39,723 nucleotides of DNA from Kineosporiaceae bacterium (GTDB lineage Bacteria > Actinomycetota > Actinomycetes > Actinomycetales > Kineosporiaceae): positions 1-39,723 of the forward strand of contig DAIOVT010000001.1 of NCBI GenBank assembly GCA_036758885.1, read 5' to 3'. A program made the translations under genes and the position numbers. This document shows positions 18,040 to 26,086 of this stretch, piece after piece; the first letter of the stretch is position 1; the number at the start of each line of letters is the position of its first letter. The notes under the pieces were generated by a model. It did not search any database. It was not told the origin of the DNA and worked only from the letters and a program-made list of their open reading frames with translations.

Positions 18040-18092
18040 GGGGCACATTCGATCCGATGCCCAGTACTGCGGTCAATCGTTTGTGCATACAT
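18040..18092 (-). promoter_or_regulatory. iolG promoter with upstream TGT-N4-ACA operator (leaderless arrangement)
   Basis: Minus strand reads ATGTATGCACAA-acga-TTGACC-18 nt-TCGAAT-7 nt-ATG(18039). Confidence 0.45.
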
Positions 18093-18141
18093 TCTCAATA
18101 TTTACCGAAGACCGAGGGACGCGGCGGCCGATCCGCCCGGG

Positions 18142-19188
18142 TCAGGTACGGCCCGGAACCGGCCCGGTCGAGGTTCTCACGGTCAGCCGCGGAGTGATCA
18201 CCACATCGGAAACATCCTGTGGTTCAAAAGATTCGGCGCCGTCCAGCAGCTGAGCCATCAGTGAGATGCCCGCCTCCGCGAGGCCGTGCGGATCCTGGCT
18301 GACCGAGGTCAGCTCCACGGTCCCCAGCCGCGCGATCGGACTGTCGTCGTACCCGACCACCGAGACCAACTGGGGCACTCCCACCCCCGAGCGGCGCAAT
18401 CCGTCGAGCAGACCGATCGCGCAACGGTCGTTGAACGCCGCCACCGCCGTCGGACGAACCCCCGGACGGCGCCCCATCAGGTCGGCGGCGGCCGCCCGCC
18501 CCTCCTGCTCGGTCTGCCCACCGGCCAGCACCTCGATGTGCTCGCCCAGACCGCGACGGGTCATCGCCCGCCGATAGCCCTTGCGACGGGAGGTGGCGAT
18601 ACTGCCGCGCGGGCCGTCGAGGTAGGCGATGCGCCGGTGCCCGAACGAGACCAGGTGCTCGACCACCAGATCGAGACCCTGCTCGTCGGAGGCGAGAACA
18701 CCCGGCACCCGACCCACTCCGGAGCGTCCGATCAGCACCGCGGGGCACTGCCCGGCGAGTTCGTCGAGGTCCGCCCGAGGCATTCTCGAACCGAGCAGAA
18801 GCACTCCCTCACAACGGAAGTCGAGCAGGGTCTCCAACGCGCGGCGCTCGTCGCGGCGCGGCGTGACGGTGCTGAGCACCAGGTCAAGGCCGCGATCGCC
18901 GGCCGCCGCATCGAGCACCGCCACCATCTCGGCGTGGAACGGACTGCTCACGTCGAGCAGCACGCCCAGCAGGTGGCTACGGCGGCGGGCGAGCAGGCTC
19001 GCCGTGCGATCGGGGCGATAGCCGAGCTCGGCCGCCGCGGCCCGGACCGCGGCGCGGGTCTGGGCGCTCGGGCCGGGACGATCGCGCAGCACCAGCGATG
19101 CCGTGGCACTGGAGACACCGGCACGGGCCGCCACGTCGACCAGACGCGGGCGGGTCACCCCTCGCCCGTCATGACCTGAGGCGCCCAT
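18142..19188 (-). CDS. LacI-family transcriptional regulator
   Basis: N-terminal HTH (RLVDVAARAGVSSATASLVLRD) followed by a periplasmic-binding-protein-like sugar-binding core. ATG 19188 (MGASGHDG) is preferred over the upstream TTG/ATG at 19218. Confidence 0.85.
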   Translation of the reverse strand: MGASGHDGRGVTRPRLVDVAARAGVSSATASLVLRDRPGPSAQTRAAVRAAAAELGYRPDRTASLLARRRSHLLGVLLDVSSPFHAEMVAVLDAAAGDRGLDLVLSTVTPRRDERRALETLLDFRCEGVLLLGSRMPRADLDELAGQCPAVLIGRSGVGRVPGVLASDEQGLDLVVEHLVSFGHRRIAYLDGPRGSIATSRRKGYRRAMTRRGLGEHIEVLAGGQTEQEGRAAAADLMGRRPGVRPTAVAAFNDRCAIGLLDGLRRSGVGVPQLVSVVGYDDSPIARLGTVELTSVSQDPHGLAEAGISLMAQLLDGAESFEPQDVSDVVITPRLTVRTSTGPVPGRT

Positions 19189-19245
19189 TTCGATCCCCCA
19201 CGTCTGTCGGCCAAGCATCGATCGGTGCCCGCGAAGGCTACATCT

Positions 19246-19257
19246 TAAATCGCTTTA
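19246..19257. promoter_or_regulatory. LacI-type operator candidate O1 (TAAATCGCTTTA)
   Basis: Near-palindrome with a central CG, 58 nt upstream of the LacI start. It is related to the perfect palindrome at 19604-19615. Confidence 0.4.
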
Positions 19258-19554
19258 GGCGCAGTGTCGCCGGTCTGCGGTCTGGAATTGCGCCGGAGAA
19301 GACCCGACGCCCAACGGGAACAGCCGCTGACCCGCCTGGGCATGGCACAGCGCAGGTGAAGAACAGTGCGGCGACGACCTCGGCCTTGGTCCGAAATCCC
19401 CAGATGATCATCATTCCCCCGATGACTCGCCGACCGCGCCTCACGGCCGGACAGCCAGTCAATGTAGCCGAGTCGCACACCGGCAAGCAGACCGGACCCC
19501 AGGCCGGGCTCCCCACGCCTGACCGGTCCCCTGCACACCCTCTGCACGACGGAT

Positions 19555-19576
19555 TTGTTCGAACATTTGCTTGACG
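19555..19576 (+). promoter_or_regulatory. TGT-N4-ACA operator plus -35 hexamer upstream of the Gfo/TIM operon
   Basis: TTGTTCGAACAT-ttgc-TTGACG. The core TGTTCGAACA is a perfect 10-bp palindrome. The N4 spacing to -35 is the same as at iolC, iolG and the ABC promoter. The -10 is weak (CACCAT). Confidence 0.4.
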
Positions 19577-19603
19577 CCGGGCCTCAGCGAGGACACCATC
19601 GCT

Positions 19604-19615
19604 TAAAGCGCTTTA
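19604..19615. promoter_or_regulatory. LacI-type operator candidate O2 (TAAAGCGCTTTA, perfect palindrome)
   Basis: Perfect 12-bp palindrome with a central CG, located downstream of the putative promoter and 52 nt upstream of ATG 19667. Confidence 0.5.
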
Positions 19616-19666
19616 TTATGCGCGTCGCCTCTTCCTCTCCCGAACTGATGAACCGAGGAGCCACCT

Positions 19667-20857
19667 ATGCCCCAGAACCCCATCGGCGTCGCCGTCATCG
19701 GTGCCGGCATGGCCGGGCGGGCACACTGCGCCGGCTACCGCACCGCGCCGACCCTGTTCGACCCACGCCTGCCCCCGATCGCCCGGGTGGCCGTCGTCGA
19801 CGCCGACGAGAAGGTCGCGGCGGACGCCGCCGACCGCTACGGCTTCCGTTGGCATGCAACCGATTGGCGCCGGCTGCTGGAGGCCGAAGACGTGCACGTG
19901 GTCAGCGTCGTCGTGGCCAACTCGCTGCACCGGGAGATCGTCGAGGCACTGCTGGACGCCGGCAAGCACGTGCTCTGCGAGAAGCCGCTGGCCGATTCCC
20001 TCGAGGACGCCGCGGCGATGGCCGCCGCCGCGGCCGCGCACCCGGAACTGGTCGCCGGGACCGGCTTCGTCTATCGCCGCCAACCGGCGGTCGCCGCGAT
20101 CGCCGAGCTGGTGCGCTCGGAGTTCGGGGACGTGTCGCATTTCAACGGCCGGTACTGGTGCGACTACGCGAACAGCCGGCTCACCCCGATGGCCTGGCGC
20201 TACCGGGGACGACCGGGGACGGGCGCCCTGGCCGACATCGGCAGCCACCTGATCGACCTGGCCGAGTTCGTCTGCGGGCCGATGACCGCCGTCGGCGGGG
20301 CGGCCTTCACCACCATGATCGACGAACGCTTCGTCGCCAAGGGCACCACCTATGGCCACGCCAAGGCCGAACTGACCGACCGGCGGGAGAAGGTCGAGAA
20401 CGACGACGCCGCCACCTTCACGGCACACTTCGCGAGCGGCGCGATCGGCACCTTCTCGGTGTCCCGGGTGGCGCCCGGTTTCGCCAACTCGATGGCCTTC
20501 GACGTCATGGCCGAGAAGGGCGGCGCGCGCTGGGACATGGACCGGCCCGCCGAGTTCTCCGTGATCCGGCAACAACGCGGCGACGGCCTCGACGGCTACA
20601 ACCAGGTGCTGATCGGCCCGGACCACCCGTACCTCAAGGGAGGCGTGCCGATGGACTTCCCGGGCGTCTCCTTCGGCATCGGCGATCTGTTCGCGTTCCA
20701 GGCCCGGGCATTCCTCGAACAGGTCGCCGGTATCGAGGGCGGCCTGCCGGCGGTGGCCGGCTTCACCGACGGGCTGCGTGACCTGACCATCGTCGACGCC
20801 ATCTCCCGTTCGGCACGCAGCGGCGGCGCCGTCGTCGAACTGCCTGCGCCCCAATGA
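19667..20857 (+). CDS. Gfo/Idh/MocA-family sugar/cyclitol dehydrogenase (396 aa)
   Basis: It has IGVAVIGAGMAGRAH (Rossmann fold) and LCEKPLA. The long C-terminal alpha/beta domain is of the type seen in 3-keto-forming sugar dehydrogenases. A GAGGAG SD is present. Confidence 0.85.
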   Translation: MPQNPIGVAVIGAGMAGRAHCAGYRTAPTLFDPRLPPIARVAVVDADEKVAADAADRYGFRWHATDWRRLLEAEDVHVVSVVVANSLHREIVEALLDAGKHVLCEKPLADSLEDAAAMAAAAAAHPELVAGTGFVYRRQPAVAAIAELVRSEFGDVSHFNGRYWCDYANSRLTPMAWRYRGRPGTGALADIGSHLIDLAEFVCGPMTAVGGAAFTTMIDERFVAKGTTYGHAKAELTDRREKVENDDAATFTAHFASGAIGTFSVSRVAPGFANSMAFDVMAEKGGARWDMDRPAEFSVIRQQRGDGLDGYNQVLIGPDHPYLKGGVPMDFPGVSFGIGDLFAFQARAFLEQVAGIEGGLPAVAGFTDGLRDLTIVDAISRSARSGGAVVELPAPQ

Positions 20858-20947
20858 ATCCCGTCACCTGACCCGGAACCACACACCTGCACCAGCCGTA
20901 CGCCGTCAACCAGCGGCACGCGCCGTCCAACAAACAAGGAGCCAGCC

Positions 20948-21934
20948 ATGCATCTCGGCGTCTACAACGCCTGCCTCGCCGACAAGTCGCTGCCCGAGGC
21001 CCTCGACATGATCGCGGGCCTGGGCCTGACCAGTGTCGAGGTCAACTCGGGAGGCTTCCTGCCCCCGATCCACCTCCCGGTGGCCGAACTGCGCGCCGAC
21101 GAGGACGCGCGTCAGGCCTACCTGGGCGAGTTCGCTTCTCGGGGACTGACTCTCACCGCGCTCAACTGCAACGGGAACCCACTGTTCCCCCGGGCCGGCT
21201 TCCCGCACGCGAAGGATCTGCACGACTCGATCGAACTCGCCGCCCTGCTCGGGGTGAAGCGGGTGATCACCATGTCGGGGTCGCCGGCGGGCAGCCCCAC
21301 CGGGACCAACCCGGTCTGGAACCCGCTGCCCTGGTGGAGTCCGCTGCTCGACGTCCGCGACCATCAGTGGGAGGTCGCCGTCCCCTTCTGGAAGGACATC
21401 CAGGCCCGGGCGGCCGATGCCGACGTCAAGGTCGCCGTCGAGATGCACCCCGGCAACATCGTCTTCAACCCCTCGACGATGCACCGGCTCGCCGAGCAGA
21501 TCGACGCCACGCACGTCGGCGCGGAACTGGACCCGAGCCACCTCTTCTGGCAGTGGATCGATCCGGTCGCGGCGATCAGGAACCTCGGCTCACTGGTGTT
21601 CATGGCCGCGGCGAAGGACACCCGGATCAACGAGGCCGCCGCGGTCAACGGCGTTCTGGACGACCGGTTCTCGCGGGTGCGTGAGGGCGAGCCCGGCTAT
21701 CTGGCCATGGGGGCGGGAACCTCGCTCTCGGGCTGGCCGGAGGACTCCTCGTGGGACTTCGTCGCCGTCGGCCGGGGTCACGACGTCGGCTTCTGGACCG
21801 AGTTCCTCCGCGCGCTGCGCGACGTCGACCCCGGCATGGCGGTCAACATCGAACACGAGGACGCCGAACTCGACCAGTCCGCCGGCTTGCAGCAGGCCGC
21901 GCAGACCCTGCTGGAGGCCGCGAAGTACCTCTGA
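20948..21934 (+). CDS. xylose-isomerase-like TIM-barrel protein (sugar phosphate isomerase/epimerase family)
   Basis: The metal-ligand pattern ..VEMHPGN..ELDPSH..NIEHED.. is typical of the AP_endonuc_2 / IolE-IolI-LgdB type fold. An AAGGAG SD is present. Confidence 0.85.
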   Translation: MHLGVYNACLADKSLPEALDMIAGLGLTSVEVNSGGFLPPIHLPVAELRADEDARQAYLGEFASRGLTLTALNCNGNPLFPRAGFPHAKDLHDSIELAALLGVKRVITMSGSPAGSPTGTNPVWNPLPWWSPLLDVRDHQWEVAVPFWKDIQARAADADVKVAVEMHPGNIVFNPSTMHRLAEQIDATHVGAELDPSHLFWQWIDPVAAIRNLGSLVFMAAAKDTRINEAAAVNGVLDDRFSRVREGEPGYLAMGAGTSLSGWPEDSSWDFVAVGRGHDVGFWTEFLRALRDVDPGMAVNIEHEDAELDQSAGLQQAAQTLLEAAKYL

Positions 21935-21954
21935 ACCCGTTCTCGCAGAACGAG

Positions 21955-21987
21955 GATGACCCCGCGGCCGTCGGCCGCGGGGTCATC
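21955..21987. terminator. bidirectional terminator hairpin between convergent genes
   Basis: GATGACCCCGCGGCC-gtc-GGCCGCGGGGTCATC, a perfect 15-bp stem. Confidence 0.7.
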
Positions 21988-22003
21988 TGTCGTACCGGTC
22001 CAA

Positions 22004-22870
22004 TCAGATCTCGGGAGCCTTGACCGCCCCGTGCTCCACCTCGCCGGGCTCGACGACCTTGCCCGGATCGGCGGCCCGCAGCTCGTGGCTGAGCTCGTCG
22101 AGTTCCTGACCGCCGGCCATCTCGGCGGTCAGCTGTTCGAGGGTCAGCTCGTCGCGGTGAGCGTCGAGCACCACCCTGCCCAGCTTGAGAATCACGAAGT
22201 GGTTGCCCACCAGATAGGCGTGGTGCGGGTTGTGGGTGATGAAGATGACCCCGAGCCCGGCATCGCGCATCTTCACGATGTACTTCAGGACGACGCCGGA
22301 CTGCTTGACGCCGAGCGCCGCCGTCGGCTCGTCGAGAATGATCACCCGGGCACCGAAGTAGATCGCCCGGGCGATCGCCACGCATTGACGCTGCCCACCG
22401 GAAAGACCACCGACCGGCCGGTCGAGATCGGGGATGATGATCCCCATCTTGGCCAGCTCCTCACCGGCGACCTGCTTCATCCTGCCGACGTCGAGAGAGG
22501 GTCCCTTGCGGATCTCGTTGCCCAGGAAGAAGTTTCGCCAGACCGACATCAACGGGGCCAGTGCCAGGTCCTGGTAGACCGTGGCGATGCCGAACCCCTG
22601 GGCGATGCGCGGCGAATTGAACCGGCGCACGATCCCGTCGACCCTCATCGAGCCGTCGGTGTAGTCGTGCAGACCGGCCACGATCTTGATCAGCGTGGAC
22701 TTCCCGGCACCGTTGTCACCGAGAACGCAGGTGACCTCGCCCTGGCGGACCGAGATGTTCACCCCGCGTAGGGCGTGCACGTTCCCGTAGCTCTTGCCGA
22801 TGTCCTCCAGTTCGAGGATCGCCTCGGTGGTGCCGACCGTCTCCTCGGTCCTCTGCGCCAGTTCACTCAT
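22004..22870 (-). CDS. sugar ABC transporter ATP-binding protein
   Basis: It has Walker A (GDNGAGKST), the signature LSGGQRQ and Walker B (ILDEPTAALG). ATG 22870 overlaps the permease stop (ATGA). The longer ORF-track form (to 23158) is rejected. Confidence 0.9.
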   Translation of the reverse strand: MSELAQRTEETVGTTEAILELEDIGKSYGNVHALRGVNISVRQGEVTCVLGDNGAGKSTLIKIVAGLHDYTDGSMRVDGIVRRFNSPRIAQGFGIATVYQDLALAPLMSVWRNFFLGNEIRKGPSLDVGRMKQVAGEELAKMGIIIPDLDRPVGGLSGGQRQCVAIARAIYFGARVIILDEPTAALGVKQSGVVLKYIVKMRDAGLGVIFITHNPHHAYLVGNHFVILKLGRVVLDAHRDELTLEQLTAEMAGGQELDELSHELRAADPGKVVEPGEVEHGAVKAPEI

Positions 22871-23907
22871 CGCGCGTCCGCCTTCCGCTTGACGTACATG
22901 TTCACCAGCACGGCGCCGATGAGCATCACCCCGAGGAAGGTCTTCAGCCAGTCGACGTCCCAGTTGGCGTAGGTGATCCCGAGCAGGGTCATGCCGTAGA
23001 TCAACGCACCCACGGCCGCGCCGGCCACCGAGCCGTAGCCACCCGTGAGCAGGCAACCCCCGATCACCGCCGCGATGATGTAGATGAACTCGTTGCCGAG
23101 GCCGGCGGCCGATTGCACGGTGTTGTACTCGAACAGCATGTGCATGCCGACCAGCCACGCGGCGAACCCGGTGCCCATGAACAGCGCCGTCTTGGTCGCC
23201 GTCACCGGCACACCGACGGCGCGCGCGGCCGGTGCGTCGCCGCCGACCGCGTAGATCCAGTTGCCGTACTTGGTCCGCAGCAGCACCCAGGAGAGCACCG
23301 CGGTGAGCACCAGCCAGTAGACGACCGGGATCTTGATCTCCACCGAGCCGATCTGGAAGCTGGACGCGAAGATCGCCTTCGCGCTGTCCCAGCCGTCCAT
23401 GTCACCGATGTTGTTCGACGACACCCCACCGGTGATCAGACGGGTCATCGCCAGGTTGATCCCTTGCAGCACGAAGAACGTGCCGAGGGTGACCAGGAAG
23501 CTGGGTAACCCCGTCTTGTGCAGCAGCCACCCGTTGAACGCCCCGATGGCGAGCGAGACGATCAGCGCGATCAGCACACCCAGCCAGACGTTCAGCCCCA
23601 GGTACCAGGACAGGTGCGCCGCGGTGAGCGCCGAGGTGGTCACCGCGACACCGGTCGAGAGGTCGAACTCGCCACCGATCATCAGCAGCGCCACGAAGAT
23701 GGCCATCAGGCCGATCGTGGAGCAGTTGTAGAGGATCGTGCCGATGTTCGCGACGCTGCGGAAGGCCGGAGCGACGCTGGCGAACAGGACGGCGACGGCG
23801 ACCGCACCGATGACGGCGCCGACCGCGGGCATCCCCAGCAGCACCGACACCGCGGACTTGGTCGCAACCCGATCGTCGGCGGGTGCGGTGGTCGTTGAAG
23901 CAGTCAT
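22867..23907 (-). CDS. sugar ABC transporter permease (RbsC/BPD_transp_2 type)
   Basis: 346 aa with about 10 TM segments. The GGEFDLS.G and YAVGG...AAR..G motifs are typical of monosaccharide permeases. Confidence 0.9.
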   Translation of the reverse strand: MTASTTTAPADDRVATKSAVSVLLGMPAVGAVIGAVAVAVLFASVAPAFRSVANIGTILYNCSTIGLMAIFVALLMIGGEFDLSTGVAVTTSALTAAHLSWYLGLNVWLGVLIALIVSLAIGAFNGWLLHKTGLPSFLVTLGTFFVLQGINLAMTRLITGGVSSNNIGDMDGWDSAKAIFASSFQIGSVEIKIPVVYWLVLTAVLSWVLLRTKYGNWIYAVGGDAPAARAVGVPVTATKTALFMGTGFAAWLVGMHMLFEYNTVQSAAGLGNEFIYIIAAVIGGCLLTGGYGSVAGAAVGALIYGMTLLGITYANWDVDWLKTFLGVMLIGAVLVNMYVKRKADAR

Positions 23908-23922
23908 CTCAACTCACCCGGA

Positions 23923-24921
23923 TCAGCGAGTGCCGTTGGCCGCGAACTTCGAGACCGCGTCGATGTTGGAGGAGTCGATGAACGACGGTCCGGTGGCGAC
24001 GTTGCTGCCGCCGCCGAGGGTGTTGCCGTTGTTCACGTAGAGCCAGAGCGCGTCGACCGCCAGGTACCCCTGCAGGTAGGGCTGCTGGTCGATGGCCCAG
24101 GCGATCTTCCCGTCCTTGATCGCGTCGACCAGGCTCTTGTTGGTGTCGAACGTGCCGATCTTGGCCGAGCTCCCGGCGCCCTCGACCGACTTGACCGCGT
24201 TGAGCGCGAACGGGGCCCCCAGGGTGAGCACGAAGTCGATGCTCTTGTCCTGGGTGAGCTTCGCCTGGATCGTGGTGGTGACCTGGGCGTCGTCGCGGCC
24301 GTTCACGTAGACCCGCTCGACCTTGGCCCCGGCGGCACCCTTGGTCACGCCGGCGCAGCGGTCCTCGAGCTGCTGCTGACCCTGTTCCTGGATGACGCAG
24401 ATGATGTTCTTCGCGCCCTCGTCGACCGCCTTCTTGCCGGCGCCGATCCCGGCGTCCGTCTCACCCTGACCGAAGTAGCCGATCGCGCCCAGCTCCATCG
24501 CGTCCGTGCCGCCGGCGTTGAACATGGTCACCGGGATACCGGCCGCGACGGCCTTCTTGATCACCGCGCCGAGGGCGCCGGTGTTCGGGTCGGTGACGGC
24601 GATACCGGCGACCTTCTTGTCGATCGCGGCCTGCACCAGCTGCGCCTGCTTGGTGGCGTCGGGGTCGTTGGTGTACTCGAGCTGGATGTTGTCCTTCGCG
24701 GCCGCGGCCTCGGCTCCCTTGCGGATGATGTCCCAGAAGGTGTCACCAGGAGCCTGGTGGGTGATCATGGCCACCGAGATCTTGGGGGTGTCCGCGACTC
24801 CGGCCGCGCCCCCTGCGGACGAGGATTCCTGCCTGCCCCCCGAGGACGAGCACGCGCCGAGAGCAAGGGCCGCGACGGCCACCGTGGCGATGGCGCCGAA
24901 ACGGCGTCCAGTACTGAACAT
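23923..24921 (-). CDS. sugar/inositol ABC transporter substrate-binding lipoprotein
   Basis: It has a lipobox (LALGAC) and a type-I periplasmic binding fold (ISVAMITHQAPGDTFW). An AAGGAG SD precedes ATG 24921. Confidence 0.85.
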   Translation of the reverse strand: MFSTGRRFGAIATVAVAALALGACSSSGGRQESSSAGGAAGVADTPKISVAMITHQAPGDTFWDIIRKGAEAAAAKDNIQLEYTNDPDATKQAQLVQAAIDKKVAGIAVTDPNTGALGAVIKKAVAAGIPVTMFNAGGTDAMELGAIGYFGQGETDAGIGAGKKAVDEGAKNIICVIQEQGQQQLEDRCAGVTKGAAGAKVERVYVNGRDDAQVTTTIQAKLTQDKSIDFVLTLGAPFALNAVKSVEGAGSSAKIGTFDTNKSLVDAIKDGKIAWAIDQQPYLQGYLAVDALWLYVNNGNTLGGGSNVATGPSFIDSSNIDAVSKFAANGTR

Positions 24922-24973
24922 GACTCTCCTTGTGGGTCGCCGGCCGGCAAGCCGGAGGTATGGACGTGAGCTG

Positions 24974-25018
24974 AGTCTCACGAGCGCACCCCACTGAGTC
25001 AATAGTTTGTAACAACAT
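24974..25018 (-). promoter_or_regulatory. ABC transporter promoter with upstream TGT-N4-ACA operator
   Basis: Minus strand reads ATGTTGTTACAA-acta-TTGACT-17 nt-GAGACT. A related half-like site, CGTAACAAT, is at 25035-25043. Confidence 0.45.
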
Positions 25019-25207
25019 TCTGACTCTAAGATTTCGTAACAATCGGAACCCGCGGCGTCCGCGCCGAGCCTCGCCGGGGGCCTGTACGAGGTGGACGGCG
25101 CCGATCGGATCATGCCATTCCCGGTGCCGGGGCACACCGATCCGCACCGGCCGCCGCAGGTCGGGGAGGAGGCGGCCGGATCGGTCCGGCGCCCCCGTAC
25201 CTCCCCT

Positions 25208-25231
25208 GTCAATGCAATGTATTTACATTGC
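25208..25231. promoter_or_regulatory. extended palindromic TGT-N4-ACA operator upstream of the GntR gene
   Basis: GCAATGTA-tt-TACATTGC has perfect 8-bp arms (25214-25231). On the minus strand it reads ATGTAAATACAT-tgca-TTGACA. Confidence 0.5.
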
Positions 25232-25272
25232 CAGTAGCTGACTTTGGTCCCGCCAATGCGCATACTGCATAC

Positions 25273-26061
25273 GTGCCAGCGTCCAGCGATCAGTCGCGTA
25301 CCGAGGACTCGAACCAGGTTCTCGCCAGCGTGCGCCTGGACCGGTCCAGCCCCGTACCGCTCTACTTCCAGGTGGCACAGGGCCTGGAGGAGGCGATCAT
25401 CGACGGGCGGTTGCCGCCGGGCAGCAGGCTCGACAACGAGGTGCTGCTGGCCGAACATCTGGGACTCTCCCGGCCGACGATGCGCCGGGCCATGCAGCAC
25501 CTGGTCGACAAGGGCGTCCTGGTACGCCGCCGCGGCATCGGGACCCGCGTCGTGCAGCCGAAGGTGCGCCGTCCGCTCGGCCTGAGCAGTCTCTTCGAGG
25601 ACCTCGCCCAGAGCGGGCAGGCCCCGACCACCAAGGTGCTCTCGATGGACGTCGAGCAGGCCTCGGCCGAGCTCGCCGAGACCCTGCAGGTACCGGCGGA
25701 CACCCAGGTCAGCGTGCTGGTGCGGTTGCGGTCGGCGGCCGGCACCCCGATCGCCCGGATGACCAACTACCTCCCGCACACGATTCCCGGACTGGCCGCG
25801 GCGCTGGCCGCGGCCGACCTCGAGCACCGCGGTCTCTACCAGGTGATCCGGGCCTGCGGCGTGCAGCTGCACGCCGCCGATCAGACCATCGGCGCGCGGA
25901 CCGCCACACCGGCCGAGGCCAAGCTGCTCGACGAGCGCCGCGGGGCGGCACTGCTGACCATGAACCGGACGGCGTTCGACGACCACGGCCGGGTGGTCGA
26001 GTACGGCTCCCACATCTACGCGGCGTCGCGGTACAGCTTCTCTCTCAGCATGCTCGCCTGA
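25273..26061 (+). CDS. GntR/HutC-family transcriptional regulator (IolR-like candidate)
   Basis: It has a winged-helix N-terminus (PLYFQVAQGLEEAI..G.L..G..L..E..LAE.LG.SR.T.R.A...L) and a UTRA-type C-terminal domain. GTG 25273 is preferred over TTG 25228. Confidence 0.8.
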   Translation: MPASSDQSRTEDSNQVLASVRLDRSSPVPLYFQVAQGLEEAIIDGRLPPGSRLDNEVLLAEHLGLSRPTMRRAMQHLVDKGVLVRRRGIGTRVVQPKVRRPLGLSSLFEDLAQSGQAPTTKVLSMDVEQASAELAETLQVPADTQVSVLVRLRSAAGTPIARMTNYLPHTIPGLAAALAAADLEHRGLYQVIRACGVQLHAADQTIGARTATPAEAKLLDERRGAALLTMNRTAFDDHGRVVEYGSHIYAASRYSFSLSMLA

Positions 26062-26086
26062 CCGGATCCGGCAACACTGCTCCCAC

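Noticed and set aside
18073-18084. Third LacI-like half-palindrome TCAATCGTTTGT upstream of iolG
   Set aside because: It is better explained as the N4 spacer plus the -35 hexamer (TTGACC on the minus strand) of the shared operator-promoter cassette. Its palindromy is poor.
19260-19550. Possible relic of a membrane or MFS-type gene on the minus strand (fragments such as ..GLLAGVRLGYIDWLSG.. and ..GRRVIGGMMIIWGF.. in two frames)
   Set aside because: The fragments are short, need a frameshift to join, and I cannot assign any family with confidence. Left as unexplained intergenic DNA.
25035-25043. Second GTAACAA element near the ABC promoter, considered as a full operator
   Set aside because: Only one half-site matches (CGTAACAAT) and no TGT partner lies at N4 spacing. 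It is mentioned only as possible auxiliary binding.
24922-26013. N-terminal extension of the substrate-binding protein ORF to 696 aa
   Set aside because: The extension runs through the AT-rich promoter region and antisense to the GntR gene. A lipoprotein signal peptide with an AAGGAG SD begins at ATG 24921.
26062-26086. CCGGATCCGG palindrome between the convergent GntR and transaldolase genes, considered as a terminator
   Set aside because: The stem is only 4-5 bp with no loop, which is too weak to call.
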